Source: Escherichia phage JulesPiccard. From it: a stretch of 47,731 bases of DNA. The stretch lies in sequence record MZ501087; one strand, given 5' to 3'. How positions within the stretch are numbered: position 1 is the stretch's first letter; each line of letters opens with the position of its first letter. Made by a program: the position numbers and the translations under genes. Below, one piece after another: positions 20,401 to 29,103 of the stretch. The notes below the pieces were generated by a model. That model searched no databases and was not told where the DNA came from. It saw only the letters and a program-made list of their open reading frames with translations.

Positions 20401-20853
20401 ACATCAACCGGTGTGCAGTACGGAATTAGTCTTGGCCTGAAATACAATGGACAGACTTATTCATCCGGTATGAGCATGGAGCTTGTTGGAACTGGTGATA
20501 ATGTTCGCAGTCAATTCATTTTTGACGCAAACAGATTCGCAATCAGTAACGGCATTGGTTCTGGTTCCGGTCAGTGGCAACTCCCCTTCGTTGTCGAGAA
20601 CGGAAACGTAATCATCCAGAGCGCGGTAATCGGCGATGGCTCAATCAGTAACGCGAAGATTGGAAACTTTATTCAGTCCAATAACTATGTAGCTAACACT
20701 ACTGGATGGAGACTTGATAAAGGCGGCACATTCGAGAATAACGGGTTCACACCTGGTGAAGGTAGAATGAAGCAGACTAACCAGACAATTTCGGTTGCTG
20801 ATGCTAACGGAAGGCTTCGTGTTCAGATTGGTCGTTTAACTGGAGTGTACTAA
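17458..20853 (+). CDS. central tail fiber / host specificity protein (lambda gpJ-like)
   Basis: 1131 aa, largest tail tip protein after I; internal repeat-like segments; start may be ATG 17498. Confidence 0.8.
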   Translation: MAQMIKTNMRLCDMAEEIKIYGAKGGSQKQHQPVEQEDNLISLNKVKVLLAVADGEVDPNFSLKDLYLADVPVQNQNGTYNYEGVRAEFRAGTQYQDYIAGLDGANSEIQASREITNDTPYIIAVNNTQLSAIRVKLFWPRLVKQESNGDLVGTTCEYAIDLSVNGGAYQEYTRGVANGKTTTGYDRSIRVNLPAEFDSALVRIRKITADSTSSTLVNGMQITTYQEVIDAKFRYPLTALVYVEFGSDLFPNGIPTISIKKRWKLIQVPTNYNPETRTYSGTWNGLFKMAWSNNPAWVLYDLVTNRRYGLDQRELGVEIDKWGLYEAAQFCDQMVPDGKGGLEPRYLCDMVVQNKVEAYTLIRDICSIFRGLTFYDGEKIGIVVDKPRNPSYIFTNDNVVNGLFSRTFASDKSLYTTANVQFDDVENNYQQDVEPVFELEATRRFGFNPVDLTAIGCTRRSEANRRGRWLLKTNLRSETISFTTGLEGMIPMIGEVIAVNDAAWSSNYQLNLSGRIESVQGLQVFTPFKVDAAPGDRILLNKPDGSPEARTIASVSEDGRTINLNTAFSFVAQPDTVFAIDKDNLALQQYVVTGIQKADSDGSDSFQYTITAVEYDPNKYDEIDYGVNIVDRPTSIVEPDRLSPPENLTVSSYSKIVQGLSVETMVIGWDKAPYAKTYNVQWRKENGNWINVPRTASTEVDIEGIYAGIYDVRVRSVSDTENVSAWSDIVTVSLTGKIGRPSAPTVITASTDEVFGIRVKWGFPEGSGDTAYTELQQVPDNGDGTYNPDNASLLTLLPYPAYEYWHTPIQPGKVIWYRARLIDRIGNTSDWSDFARGMSTDDANIINDYIKVDIEGSEGFKYLEQNAIQKNQDVQNQAEAIIENALANDTDVRRMTKENGARKAEFVQAVNLIADETQARVEALTQLKSQIDDEIVGQITMIETALATETEARATADTQLSARIGDNEAALNQKLDAFSNATSTGVQYGISLGLKYNGQTYSSGMSMELVGTGDNVRSQFIFDANRFAISNGIGSGSGQWQLPFVVENGNVIIQSAVIGDGSISNAKIGNFIQSNNYVANTTGWRLDKGGTFENNGFTPGEGRMKQTNQTISVADANGRLRVQIGRLTGVY

Positions 20854-20900
20854 GTGATAGAATTGGCAAATGGATTTGCCTCTTTCAATTGGAGATAATT

Positions 20901-21209
20901 ATGGCTGAGTATGGAATTGCAACATATGATGCAAATGGTAATTACAATAACTATGGGATTAAGCCAGTGACGGTTGTTGGTGTTGTTAAACTCAATGAGG
21001 GTCAAACGTCCGGATCTTATACTTACAGCATCCCTTCTGGATACAAAGTTGGTTACTTTATAACCCTTGATTCCGCAAACACGCCAAACAATGGCAGGAA
21101 CATAAGTGCGTCCGGCAACTCAATAACAATAACACCAAGCAATTCAACAGGACCAAACTACTACGCGGCAAGCGAGTGTGAAATGGTCGTTTATTTGGAG
21201 AAAGCATAA
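20901..21209 (+). CDS. hypothetical tail-associated protein
   Basis: RBS GGAG before ATG 20901; N-terminus MAEYG resembles next gene (MADYG). Confidence 0.45.
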   Translation: MAEYGIATYDANGNYNNYGIKPVTVVGVVKLNEGQTSGSYTYSIPSGYKVGYFITLDSANTPNNGRNISASGNSITITPSNSTGPNYYAASECEMVVYLEKA

Positions 21210-21880
21210 TGGCAGATTACGGAGCTATAATTGATGTGAATGGAAACCCATTTATCACACCTGCATCAACTCCATTTTGTCTATATGGAAAATATACCTA
21301 CCAATCATCTGGCAACAGTGCTGCTCACAGCGTTACTCAATACATACCGATTGATTCAAGCTATCCGGTTTGCGCATTCTTGAAAACCAGCAATACTGAG
21401 CAAGGTACGGCGGTGATAGCATATGCAATACGTAGCGGCGCGAATGCTGGAACTCTGTACGTGAATGGAACGAACTATTCAGGCCAATCATTCACTCTAA
21501 CCGTTTATGTTTTCGCTATATTCCCGCAAACCCTTCCGGCTTGGGGTATGGCGATATGGGATGCTAACGGGAAATTGGTTCTTACGAACGAAAGCAGGGT
21601 TCTTAGCGACCTGGAGACAGTACCAGGCTCAGGTTACACACTTGATTATACATATAATGGTAGTTACGCCGTTTCCCCGAGGGCGCTTGGTGCGGTTAAC
21701 GTTTATCAGGTGCAGAACGGACAGCAGATTATAAGGAGCGCAACGGCTGGTGTTTCTTGCAGATTTGATGGTTCACGAACAAGAATAAATGCGGTCCCTC
21801 TTATTAATGGAAGCGCCGCGAGTGGGGGTACTTCAAACGGTGGGCTTGTAACGGCGATCAATACAGCGGCATACGATTAA
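21209..21880 (+). CDS. hypothetical tail-associated protein
   Basis: 223 aa, Gly/Asn/Ser/Thr-rich; followed by bidirectional terminator. Confidence 0.45.
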   Translation: MADYGAIIDVNGNPFITPASTPFCLYGKYTYQSSGNSAAHSVTQYIPIDSSYPVCAFLKTSNTEQGTAVIAYAIRSGANAGTLYVNGTNYSGQSFTLTVYVFAIFPQTLPAWGMAIWDANGKLVLTNESRVLSDLETVPGSGYTLDYTYNGSYAVSPRALGAVNVYQVQNGQQIIRSATAGVSCRFDGSRTRINAVPLINGSAASGGTSNGGLVTAINTAAYD

Positions 21881-21903
21881 GCCCCTTTCGGGGCTTTTCT
21901 TTT
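21880..21903. terminator. bidirectional terminator between convergent genes
   Basis: GCCCC-TTTC-GGGGC flanked by T-run. Confidence 0.65.
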
Positions 21904-22132
21904 ACATTGAGCAATCGTGAGACTTAAAGTTATTCTCTGATACGTAGTGGAACGAGAATGGGTATCCAGCACGCAATATCATCTCCTCACCGCGCATCTG
22001 AGAGCCAAAAACATAAACCGAGTACTCTGCTCCACCTGATTCATAAATCGCAGTACATGTGCGCTCTGGCATCGTAGAGCAACCACTCAGGAGTAATGCC
22101 GCAATAGTAATGATCTTCTTCATATTTCTCAC
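21902..22132 (-). CDS. small lipoprotein (candidate superinfection-exclusion, Cor/Llp-like)
   Basis: signal peptide plus lipobox LLSGCS; 76 aa; RBS AAGGTGAG; just after tail fiber genes. Confidence 0.6.
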   Translation of the reverse strand: MRNMKKIITIAALLLSGCSTMPERTCTAIYESGGAEYSVYVFGSQMRGEEMILRAGYPFSFHYVSENNFKSHDCSM

Positions 22133-22133
22133 C

Positions 22134-22238
22134 TTAGAAACCGTTAAAATTAGAAGCCAGCATCAGAACCCAAACCAAGAAACCAGTTACAGCAGTGCCG
22201 GCGACCAGGGAGATTGAGTTGTTGATTAAGTTAGTCAT
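22134..22238 (-). CDS. small hydrophobic peptide (34 aa), co-operonic with lipoprotein
   Basis: MTNLINNSISLVAGTAVTGFLVWVLMLASNFNGF; below ORF-track threshold; promoter element upstream on minus strand. Confidence 0.35.
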   Translation of the reverse strand: MTNLINNSISLVAGTAVTGFLVWVLMLASNFNGF

Positions 22239-22277
22239 TTTGTACCCCTCATTAAGTTGTTTCGTTTCGATGGAGTA

Positions 22278-22320
22278 ATAGTATCGCATCCTTGCGAGCA
22301 GTGTTTAGCAATTCGTGCTA
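22278..22320 (-). promoter_or_regulatory. conserved promoter/operator element (drives lipoprotein operon)
   Basis: minus strand TAGCACGAATTGCTAAAC-N-TACTAT-TACTCCATCGAAACGAAAC. Confidence 0.55.
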
Positions 22321-22339
22321 TTGCATACACGTAACCGTT

Positions 22340-22640
22340 GTAACTCGATGTATACAATCTCATCCGCGAAAAATGATATACGCCCTGTTACGCCAATTTA
22401 CGCATTAGTTACATTAAAATATCTATATATATCAACCTTTTACTCTTATTATTATTATTATATATATTACTGTGTATATCATGTAACTACTTCTATAGAG
22501 CGTTCCGGTTATAATTTTAATATCATGTGGATTTATACAGTATTGCGCGGTAGCTATAACAATGCACCATCAGCGATAAACGGTATACACGATATACACA
22601 CTAGTTACATTGAGCTATAGCTGGGCTGAGGTGCTAAAAG
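22340..22640. repeat. AT-rich control-region repeat, copy 1 (contains (TTA)5 at 22446..22460)
   Basis: shares ATATCTATATATATCAACCTTTTA-(TTA)n-TATA core and TACATTGAGCTATAGCTGGGG tail with 39745..40060. Confidence 0.6.
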
Positions 22641-22978
22641 CCGTAACCAATGGCAATGCCTACACGCAATTACAAAGATTCACGCGTAAGTTTGAATCAA
22701 CGATTGGCAAAACCAATTGGACTGGCTACGGTGCCGAATATATAGTTAAATCATCGAAAGCAATCAACCAGAGAGATACAGAAATGACCTACTACATTAT
22801 CAAAGAGAAAAACAACGCACTTTTCGGCGATTGCTATTTTGGTGGCCCTGCTGGATACACCACAAATAAGAGCGAAGCTGACCGATTCGAGACCAAAGAA
22901 GAAGCCCGAGATGTGCTGACCGGGTACTTCACTGAAGAAGATTTGAAGTCTGTTAAAGTGGTTAAGATCAAGGGGTGA
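22610..22978 (+). CDS. hypothetical protein (start uncertain, TTG/GTG)
   Basis: 122-aa ORF heading the recombination operon; no in-frame ATG near 5' end. Confidence 0.4.
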   Translation: MSYSWAEVLKAVTNGNAYTQLQRFTRKFESTIGKTNWTGYGAEYIVKSSKAINQRDTEMTYYIIKEKNNALFGDCYFGGPAGYTTNKSEADRFETKEEARDVLTGYFTEEDLKSVKVVKIKG

Positions 22979-22981
22979 GTT

Positions 22982-23947
22982 ATGAGCTTTAAGGTTTTTA
23001 CGCGAGAGGAGCTAAGTAACGAGGCCTATCACGCTGAGACTGAACACATCTCCGGTAGCTCGCTTGTTGAGATTATCCAGGGCTCACCAGCTAAGTGGAA
23101 GTTCAAGCAACGAAATAATGATAGCAAGGCGCTTAAGTTTGGAACCTTAAGCCACACTATGATTTTGGAACAAGATGTATTCGATAAAGAATACCTTCGC
23201 GCAACAGACCTTGATGCAATCGAGGGATTAATTACAAGCCAGGCTGGATTGTCGGCAGCGCTTAAAAAAGTTGGTGTAGCTGGAGCGTCTGGGAAAGGAT
23301 ATGTCGAACTCATAGAGATGATGTATCGATCTGGTGAGGATTGGCCTGTTAAGTGGCTAATTGAGCAGCAGGAGAGCGCACAGGCGCTTGTGGAGGGTAA
23401 GGAGCTTGTTAGCGCAGCGGACTACGATAAAGTTATGGCAATGCGTGAAGTTCTTTGCAATATTCCTGCTTACGATAAGATTGTTAACAGTGAAACGGCG
23501 CAGAAAGAGTTATCAATATTTGGTGAGATTCTCGGGGTTGGCGTGAAGATTCGAATTGACCATGTTGACGTTGTTGATGGCGTAGTTCGCATCACAGATT
23601 ACAAAACGACAGCAGACGCAAGCCCTGAAGGATTTGGTAAGTCGGCATTCTCACACGGATACCTTGCAAAAATGACCCTTCAGAGAGATCTGTTTGTGAA
23701 GGCGTTTAACGAGAAGCGCAAGGTTGTCGTGGGATTGCTAGCGCAGGAGAAGGTAGAGCCATATCTCCCAATGCTTTACACCTTAACGGATGAGCAACTT
23801 CGAATCGGCCGCTTGCAGTACCTTGAGGCGCTAGCCACTTATAAGAAGTGCAAGGAGCTTGATATTTGGCCTGGCTACTCGAATGGCATTACAGAGCAAG
23901 AGCTATTGGTTCCTGAGTGGGCTCTAAAACAATACAAAGAAATCTAA
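22982..23947 (+). CDS. PD-(D/E)xK family exonuclease (recombination exonuclease)
   Basis: RIDHVDVVDGVVRITDYKTTA motif; adjacent to annealing protein and SSB. Confidence 0.65.
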   Translation: MSFKVFTREELSNEAYHAETEHISGSSLVEIIQGSPAKWKFKQRNNDSKALKFGTLSHTMILEQDVFDKEYLRATDLDAIEGLITSQAGLSAALKKVGVAGASGKGYVELIEMMYRSGEDWPVKWLIEQQESAQALVEGKELVSAADYDKVMAMREVLCNIPAYDKIVNSETAQKELSIFGEILGVGVKIRIDHVDVVDGVVRITDYKTTADASPEGFGKSAFSHGYLAKMTLQRDLFVKAFNEKRKVVVGLLAQEKVEPYLPMLYTLTDEQLRIGRLQYLEALATYKKCKELDIWPGYSNGITEQELLVPEWALKQYKEI

Positions 23948-23948
23948 A

Positions 23949-23991
23949 CAGCACAAATTGCTAAAGACAAAATTAAAAGGTGGGGTATGAT
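23949..23991 (+). promoter_or_regulatory. conserved promoter/operator element
   Basis: CAGCACAAATTGCTAAA ... TATGAT-TACCCCATCAAAAACGAACGAGG. Confidence 0.5.
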
Positions 23992-24020
23992 TACCCCATC
24001 AAAAACGAACGAGGTTAAAG

Positions 24021-24671
24021 ATGCAAATTTCAGAATCATGCAAGTCAATTCTAAACGCACTGCACACTGCTAAATCGCTATTTGCGAAGGCTGAAAAGTC
24101 TAAGCAGAACTCGCACCTAAAAAACAAGTACGCAACCCTTGAAGACGTACTAGCGGCTGTTGAGCCTGGTTTAGATGAGTGCGGTCTTGTTATGTTCCAG
24201 AGCGTTCTTGATGATGAGCAAACGAATCGCATGAAGGTTGAGACAAAGCTGTTCCATGCTGAGTCAGGGGAGTGGGTTAGCTTCTTAATGATAGTCCCAA
24301 TTAGCAAGAATGATGCTCAGGGTTATGGCTCCGCATTAACATACGCTCGACGTTACGGAATCACAGCGGCATTGGGACTTAGTCAAGCAGATGATGATGG
24401 CAATCTCGCAGCGAAAGGTGTTAAGGATTTCAAACGGGAACTTGAGAAGTGCAACACATTAGATGAGCTTCGTAATGTCTGGAAGGATGCCAAGCAGTCA
24501 CTTGACGCGGCAGGATGGAAGGTCTTTGAGCCTCATATTATTGAGCGCAAGGCAGAGATTGAAGCAAATGCAGCAACTGGCTTCAATCCAGCAACACCAA
24601 AGAAAGTTGCAGAAAAAAGTAGTATTGATGAAAAGCCTGAAGCAGAATCACAACAAATCGACACATTCTAA
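24021..24671 (+). CDS. ssDNA annealing protein (ERF-like)
   Basis: KNKYATLEDVL and GSALTYARRYG segments; context between exonuclease and SSB. Confidence 0.5.
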   Translation: MQISESCKSILNALHTAKSLFAKAEKSKQNSHLKNKYATLEDVLAAVEPGLDECGLVMFQSVLDDEQTNRMKVETKLFHAESGEWVSFLMIVPISKNDAQGYGSALTYARRYGITAALGLSQADDDGNLAAKGVKDFKRELEKCNTLDELRNVWKDAKQSLDAAGWKVFEPHIIERKAEIEANAATGFNPATPKKVAEKSSIDEKPEAESQQIDTF

Positions 24672-24713
24672 ATTTAACGGGGCTGCGGCCCCAACAAGCA
24701 GAGAGATAAAAAC

Positions 24714-25133
24714 ATGCACGTAATTACTGGTCAGATTCGCCGCGCTCCATTCACCAAAGAAGGACAGAACGCCAATGGTAGCTGGAAAATGTTTGCGGTT
24801 GATTTGAGTGAGCGATACAAGGATAAGGATGGTAATAATCATTACACCAACTATCGCGCAGTTTTCTTCGCTAAAGAGTCAATGTTAGATTGGTATAATG
24901 AAGCATTTCAAGAGGGTAAAATTGTTAGCGTTAGCGCTGAAAGCCTGGCTGTTGATGTTCGGGATAAAGATGGCAAGACTTACGTAACGGTCAATATGAA
25001 CAACCCTAGACTTGAGTTTAGCCAACGTGGTGATTCAGCACCACAACAGAAGGCGCAAAAGCAACCACAGCAACAGCAGAATCAACAGCAACCGCAACAG
25101 CAACAACAGTTTAATGAAGACATTCCATTCTAA
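24714..25133 (+). CDS. ssb: single-stranded DNA-binding protein
   Basis: OB-fold-sized N-domain, Gln-rich linker, C-terminal acidic tip ending DIPF as in bacterial SSB. Confidence 0.7.
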   Translation: MHVITGQIRRAPFTKEGQNANGSWKMFAVDLSERYKDKDGNNHYTNYRAVFFAKESMLDWYNEAFQEGKIVSVSAESLAVDVRDKDGKTYVTVNMNNPRLEFSQRGDSAPQQKAQKQPQQQQNQQQPQQQQQFNEDIPF

Positions 25134-25135
25134 AT

Positions 25136-25164
25136 ATAAAGCCCCTTTCGGGGCTTTTTTTATT
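25136..25164. terminator. bidirectional terminator (SSB / tailspike convergent)
   Basis: AAA-GCCCC-TTTC-GGGGC-TTTTTTT. Confidence 0.75.
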
Positions 25165-27274
25165 TTGCAATCCAGGTGCCTGGCGTTCCTGATGATGTGC
25201 AAATCCACTTTTCAATAAATGATGTTCCGCTTGGGTTTATGTTGTAAACAATATCACCAGCAACCCAGGTTAATGTTGTCGGAGCCGCTCCACCATAAGC
25301 TGTCGCCCTTGATTTGTTGTCAGTTCTGGTTAAAGATCCAAGTATGCTTGGGTTTGTTGCTGTATCGAATCTATTTCCATAGAAAGTTAAATATGGAAGC
25401 CCATCACCATACATCCTAACTGATGTGTCCGTAGTATTGGCTGATTCATTTCCAATTATAACCATACCTTGTGAATTCCATGTTATATTTCTATAAAAAC
25501 CATCAAAATAACAATTAATTATTGAGTTTTTTGATGTGTTTGCATCTATAGCAACATCCGTAGTTGATTCCCCTCCATGAGTGAATCTACAGCCTTTGTA
25601 TCTTACATTTACACCTCCAAAACCAACTTTTGAACACTCAGCTACAATGTCTGATATCTCAACTCCACCACCTCCAGAGAAAGAGAAAAGCTGCCCAACA
25701 TTTGTCGCAGATGAAGAGCTAAATGAGCAGTTGGTCGCGTTATAAAAAGAAACGCATGGAGTTGCGAGCCTATTTCCAATCTGCTTAAGAACAAAGTTAG
25801 AGCAAACTATGTTAGACCCCTGTATTGAAACCATTGCGCTATTGGGTTGCGAGTTCCTGTAAATTGATGTGTTTGATAAGTTAATGCTATTTAATCCACC
25901 CTCCTCGTTGTAAACATAAACGTCTATTTTTTGGTTGTTTGAAGACTGAACTCCAGATATCAATATTGATGATGAACTGGATACATCATCATTCTGCGAG
26001 TAAACCCTTAATCCATACTCTGTATTGTTGTTTGTCGTGACATTGGAAACAATTGACCCAACACATCGCCACAACAAAATACCCCTACCAAGATTGTTAG
26101 CTGGAGCAACACCAGTGTTACCATTGTAGTTAAACTTTCCTGATAGTATTGAGTTATTGAAACCATCACGATCTTGAATTCCGCAAACTAGATTATTAAA
26201 AGACCTTGCTTTATCAATGATCATGTTGCGACATGATACCATCCTTAATCCATCTTGTGATCCCTTAGTTATGATGCAACCATCAACAAGTCCATACTCG
26301 CAGTTTTCCAATAGAATCATGTGTCCGTTGCCTGACGTGTTATCAAGACCTGTCCCAACAAATCTACCTCCAATTATAGAGAAGTTGTTTGCGTAGCTAG
26401 CTCTCCATGCCGCAGTAACCAATTCACTTGTTAGCTGAATAGTTGAAGTGCCAAGCACTATATAATGCCCTGATCTGATCGTAACCTGCTTGCTTTGAAT
26501 GTAGGTTCCAGCCGGAAAATAAACATTTAGAGAGGAGTTAAGCGCTGAGATAATGGCGTCAGAATCATCAGTAACACCATCACCCTTTGCGCCAAAGTCC
26601 TTAACACTAACGAATCCCCTTGATGATATTTCACCCTTTGAGTAAACATCAAGGTTCTGCCTTGCTAGTGGCTTGTCTGTTAAGTCTGAGAGCGCCAAAT
26701 CTTTTCTTAGTAGGTTCTGCGTGTCAAGTGACGCCGCATAATCTGCCGCCTCCTGCGCTGAAGTTGCTGCCGCGTCTTTGGCTGATAGTGCGCTGGTTGC
26801 ACTTGCTGCCGCTGCATTCTTATCGGTGGTCACTTGGGCGGCATCATTTGCAACCTGTGCCCCAATAGAAACAACATCACCATGCTGCGCGTCTACCTGA
26901 GCTACCTTTGATTCAAAATCCGCAGAGTCAAAGTTATTGAAAGCATCAACAGCATCTGCAATCTCAGTTTCACGTGACTGATAGTAACGCAATGTTTCGG
27001 CAACATCCTGAGCTAAACCCTGAACGGTAATCCCATCATGAGCAAGGATCGCGTAACCAGTCCCAGCAGGAACAGTTTCAGAATTAGGATTATAAACATT
27101 AATCTGCGTATCGCTGATAATTTCTGAGATGGTGTAAATTTGTACTGGTTCAGTTTTAAATACAATTGTGGCGCCTGCCCTGATAAGAGTAAGAGGCGCC
27201 TTCCATGTCGTTCCTACGCCAGTCACCTCGCCATTTTCTACTAGTGACGCTGTTCCTAAGTCATAAATTGCCAT
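25160..27274 (-). CDS. tailspike / depolymerase (right-handed beta-helix, pectate-lyase-like)
   Basis: 704 aa; KDFGAKGDGVTDDSDAI motif; repetitive Asn/Ser/Gly/Ile-rich beta-helix-like segments; Ala-rich N-terminal adapter. Confidence 0.75.
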   Translation of the reverse strand: MAIYDLGTASLVENGEVTGVGTTWKAPLTLIRAGATIVFKTEPVQIYTISEIISDTQINVYNPNSETVPAGTGYAILAHDGITVQGLAQDVAETLRYYQSRETEIADAVDAFNNFDSADFESKVAQVDAQHGDVVSIGAQVANDAAQVTTDKNAAAASATSALSAKDAAATSAQEAADYAASLDTQNLLRKDLALSDLTDKPLARQNLDVYSKGEISSRGFVSVKDFGAKGDGVTDDSDAIISALNSSLNVYFPAGTYIQSKQVTIRSGHYIVLGTSTIQLTSELVTAAWRASYANNFSIIGGRFVGTGLDNTSGNGHMILLENCEYGLVDGCIITKGSQDGLRMVSCRNMIIDKARSFNNLVCGIQDRDGFNNSILSGKFNYNGNTGVAPANNLGRGILLWRCVGSIVSNVTTNNNTEYGLRVYSQNDDVSSSSSILISGVQSSNNQKIDVYVYNEEGGLNSINLSNTSIYRNSQPNSAMVSIQGSNIVCSNFVLKQIGNRLATPCVSFYNATNCSFSSSSATNVGQLFSFSGGGGVEISDIVAECSKVGFGGVNVRYKGCRFTHGGESTTDVAIDANTSKNSIINCYFDGFYRNITWNSQGMVIIGNESANTTDTSVRMYGDGLPYLTFYGNRFDTATNPSILGSLTRTDNKSRATAYGGAAPTTLTWVAGDIVYNINPSGTSFIEKWICTSSGTPGTWIAK

Positions 27275-27296
27275 TGTAAAGTCTCCATTTGTAAAA

Positions 27297-27311
27297 TAGC
27301 ACAGATTGCTA
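27297..27311. promoter_or_regulatory. isolated operator palindrome TAGCA-CAGAT-TGCTA at tailspike 5' end
   Basis: perfect 5-bp inverted repeat with 5-bp spacer, 22 bp upstream of tailspike ATG on minus strand. Confidence 0.45.
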
Positions 27312-27337
27312 AGTTGGATTGTAGCAGCTTTCAGACA

Positions 27338-27360
27338 TAAAAAAACCTCCCGTGGGAGGT
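27338..27360 (-). terminator. minus-strand intrinsic terminator after primase gene
   Basis: plus strand AAAAAA-CCTCCC-GTG-GGAGG. Confidence 0.65.
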
Positions 27361-28283
27361 TAGTCTAATAACTCGCTTGCTTTGTATATTCGCTTTCTTA
27401 TGCCTGACTTGAAAAAATTATCATCATTTGGTAATACCACATCAAGATTGCGATCGTCAGCAACAGCAAGTAATTCAAAATTATGGCGAGTACAAGCGAT
27501 GCGTAACTTGTGGTTTCTAAGCGCGTAAGCAACCATTTCCATATTATAACTGGAGTGACAAACAAGTACGCAGCGGTTGCCAGTACCAAGATGAACGTGA
27601 ACACCATCAATCCAATTGTCGACAAGATAAGCGTACTCATCATCTTTAAGAGAGCCAATAACAGCAACTGACTGGCGAGTGTAATCTTTTGCAGCATAAC
27701 TAACATCTCCCTCTTCATTGATAAACATTACATTGCACATTTCCTCTGATATACCGTCACTATAAGCCATAAAGCACGGTATTGCGTGTATTAGTTCGCC
27801 TGATTTTGCTCTACCAACATCAAATCCAAACTCGCTATAGATTCCCTCGTATGTACTGAGTGGGGTTGATTCTACTCTTTTGGTCCTTCCCATTATCTCC
27901 AGGCATCTTTCGTGGTCAATCTGAGCGCCCATCTTGTATGGTGATGTTCTTGATGCTTGCTTGTTTGCTTTGTTAACCACCTCGACGGGGATTAGGTTTA
28001 ACCACTCACCTAGAGCATCGATACATTCGCTGAACGACTCCCCTCGCAGTTTCTGGACCCAAAGAATTCCATCACCTGAGCCGCATTGGTTGCAAATAAT
28101 ACCACCATCACCAGGCTCGCTAACTTTGTCGGTCCATCTTGCGCGATCGTTTCCGCCGCAATAAATGCATGGTTGATGCTTCTTGGTCTGGAAGAACTTT
28201 GGGTCAGCGCCGCAGATATTAATAAGTGCCTTATCCCACAGGCCGCGCATTCTTGGTAGAACCTCTTTCTTATCGTAGTGCAT
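27360..28283 (-). CDS. putative DNA primase (zinc-ribbon type)
   Basis: CIYCGG..(x25)..CNQCGSGDG zinc-binding pattern near N-terminus; replication-module context. Confidence 0.45.
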   Translation of the reverse strand: MHYDKKEVLPRMRGLWDKALINICGADPKFFQTKKHQPCIYCGGNDRARWTDKVSEPGDGGIICNQCGSGDGILWVQKLRGESFSECIDALGEWLNLIPVEVVNKANKQASRTSPYKMGAQIDHERCLEIMGRTKRVESTPLSTYEGIYSEFGFDVGRAKSGELIHAIPCFMAYSDGISEEMCNVMFINEEGDVSYAAKDYTRQSVAVIGSLKDDEYAYLVDNWIDGVHVHLGTGNRCVLVCHSSYNMEMVAYALRNHKLRIACTRHNFELLAVADDRNLDVVLPNDDNFFKSGIRKRIYKASELLD

Positions 28284-28302
28284 ATCAATCTATCTCTTAA
28301 CA

Positions 28303-28337
28303 AATAAAAAAAGGATGTACCGATTATGGCACATCCC
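28303..28337 (-). terminator. minus-strand hairpin plus T-run upstream of primase gene (possible attenuator)
   Basis: plus strand AAAAAAA-GGATGT-N-ACATCC. Confidence 0.4.
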
Positions 28338-28366
28338 ATTACTTACTCTTTAACTTTTCGTGCTAC

Positions 28367-28555
28367 TTAAATTACAAAGTGATGAGTCATTCTTAGAGAC
28401 AAAAAAGACTCAAGATACCCCTCAATTACTTCCTTTTTACCAGTTTTTTTGTTGTAGGCGTATGGAATTCCTCTGCTGTTATCAACTTTACCAACAAATT
28501 TGTCGCCATCAACGTTAAAGATTGCTACGAATTTACATTTAGGGAATTTGTTCAT
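28367..28555 (-). CDS. hypothetical protein
   Basis: 62-aa ORF between HTH gene and primase. Confidence 0.35.
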   Translation of the reverse strand: MNKFPKCKFVAIFNVDGDKFVGKVDNSRGIPYAYNKKTGKKEVIEGYLESFLSLRMTHHFVI

Positions 28556-28604
28556 TTTGTATATCCTTGTTTAGTTTATCTGCTTTCGATGTGTTAACTA
28601 TACC

Positions 28605-29090
28605 TCATCCATGAGATATGTCTTTAGCTTTTCGTGCTGCTTCGTTAGCAGCCTTAATTTTACGCCATGATCGACATTCTGGTTTGGTTGCTAACTCGGA
28701 TTCAGTAACCACACGCAGCATGTGACGCTTTTTGCAACGCAGCGTAAGAGGCTTTCCATTGCCGTCGAATTGCAGATCTGGTCGGCAGAATGTAGCGCGA
28801 AAACCTTCTCCGGTTCGTTTGTAGTAGTTGTGAGATAGCTGAGCGCCACGTGCAGAGATCATGCCACGCTTAAACCACTCTTCTACAGCCTGCGGCGTCA
28901 CCTTTAACTGCTTTGCGATATTCGCCTTTGTGCCGAAGAAATCAAGGAGCATCTCAAGCCGCGCGCGTAGCCCAGCCCTTACCTCATCTTTCAAAACGTA
29001 GTAACCTGAAGGTCGTTTCCGCTGCTTTTTATCTTCAGTGCGGATGGTTCCGTTATTGCCGTTAGTGGTTCGCTTATCAACTGCATTCAT
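28605..29090 (-). CDS. putative DNA-binding protein (HTH)
   Basis: basic 161-aa protein with HTH-like IAKQLKVTPQAVEEWFKRG; first gene of a divergent operon; palindromic operator in its upstream region. Confidence 0.45.
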   Translation of the reverse strand: MNAVDKRTTNGNNGTIRTEDKKQRKRPSGYYVLKDEVRAGLRARLEMLLDFFGTKANIAKQLKVTPQAVEEWFKRGMISARGAQLSHNYYKRTGEGFRATFCRPDLQFDGNGKPLTLRCKKRHMLRVVTESELATKPECRSWRKIKAANEAARKAKDISHG

Positions 29091-29103
29091 TTTATTACCT
29101 CAA

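Noticed and set aside
22315-22620. 101-aa ORF with a poly-Tyr run (YYYYYIYY)
   Set aside because: Lies entirely within the AT-rich repeat; the poly-Tyr comes from translating the (TTA)n/TATA tract; no RBS; the homologous repeat copy 2 has no equivalent ORF.
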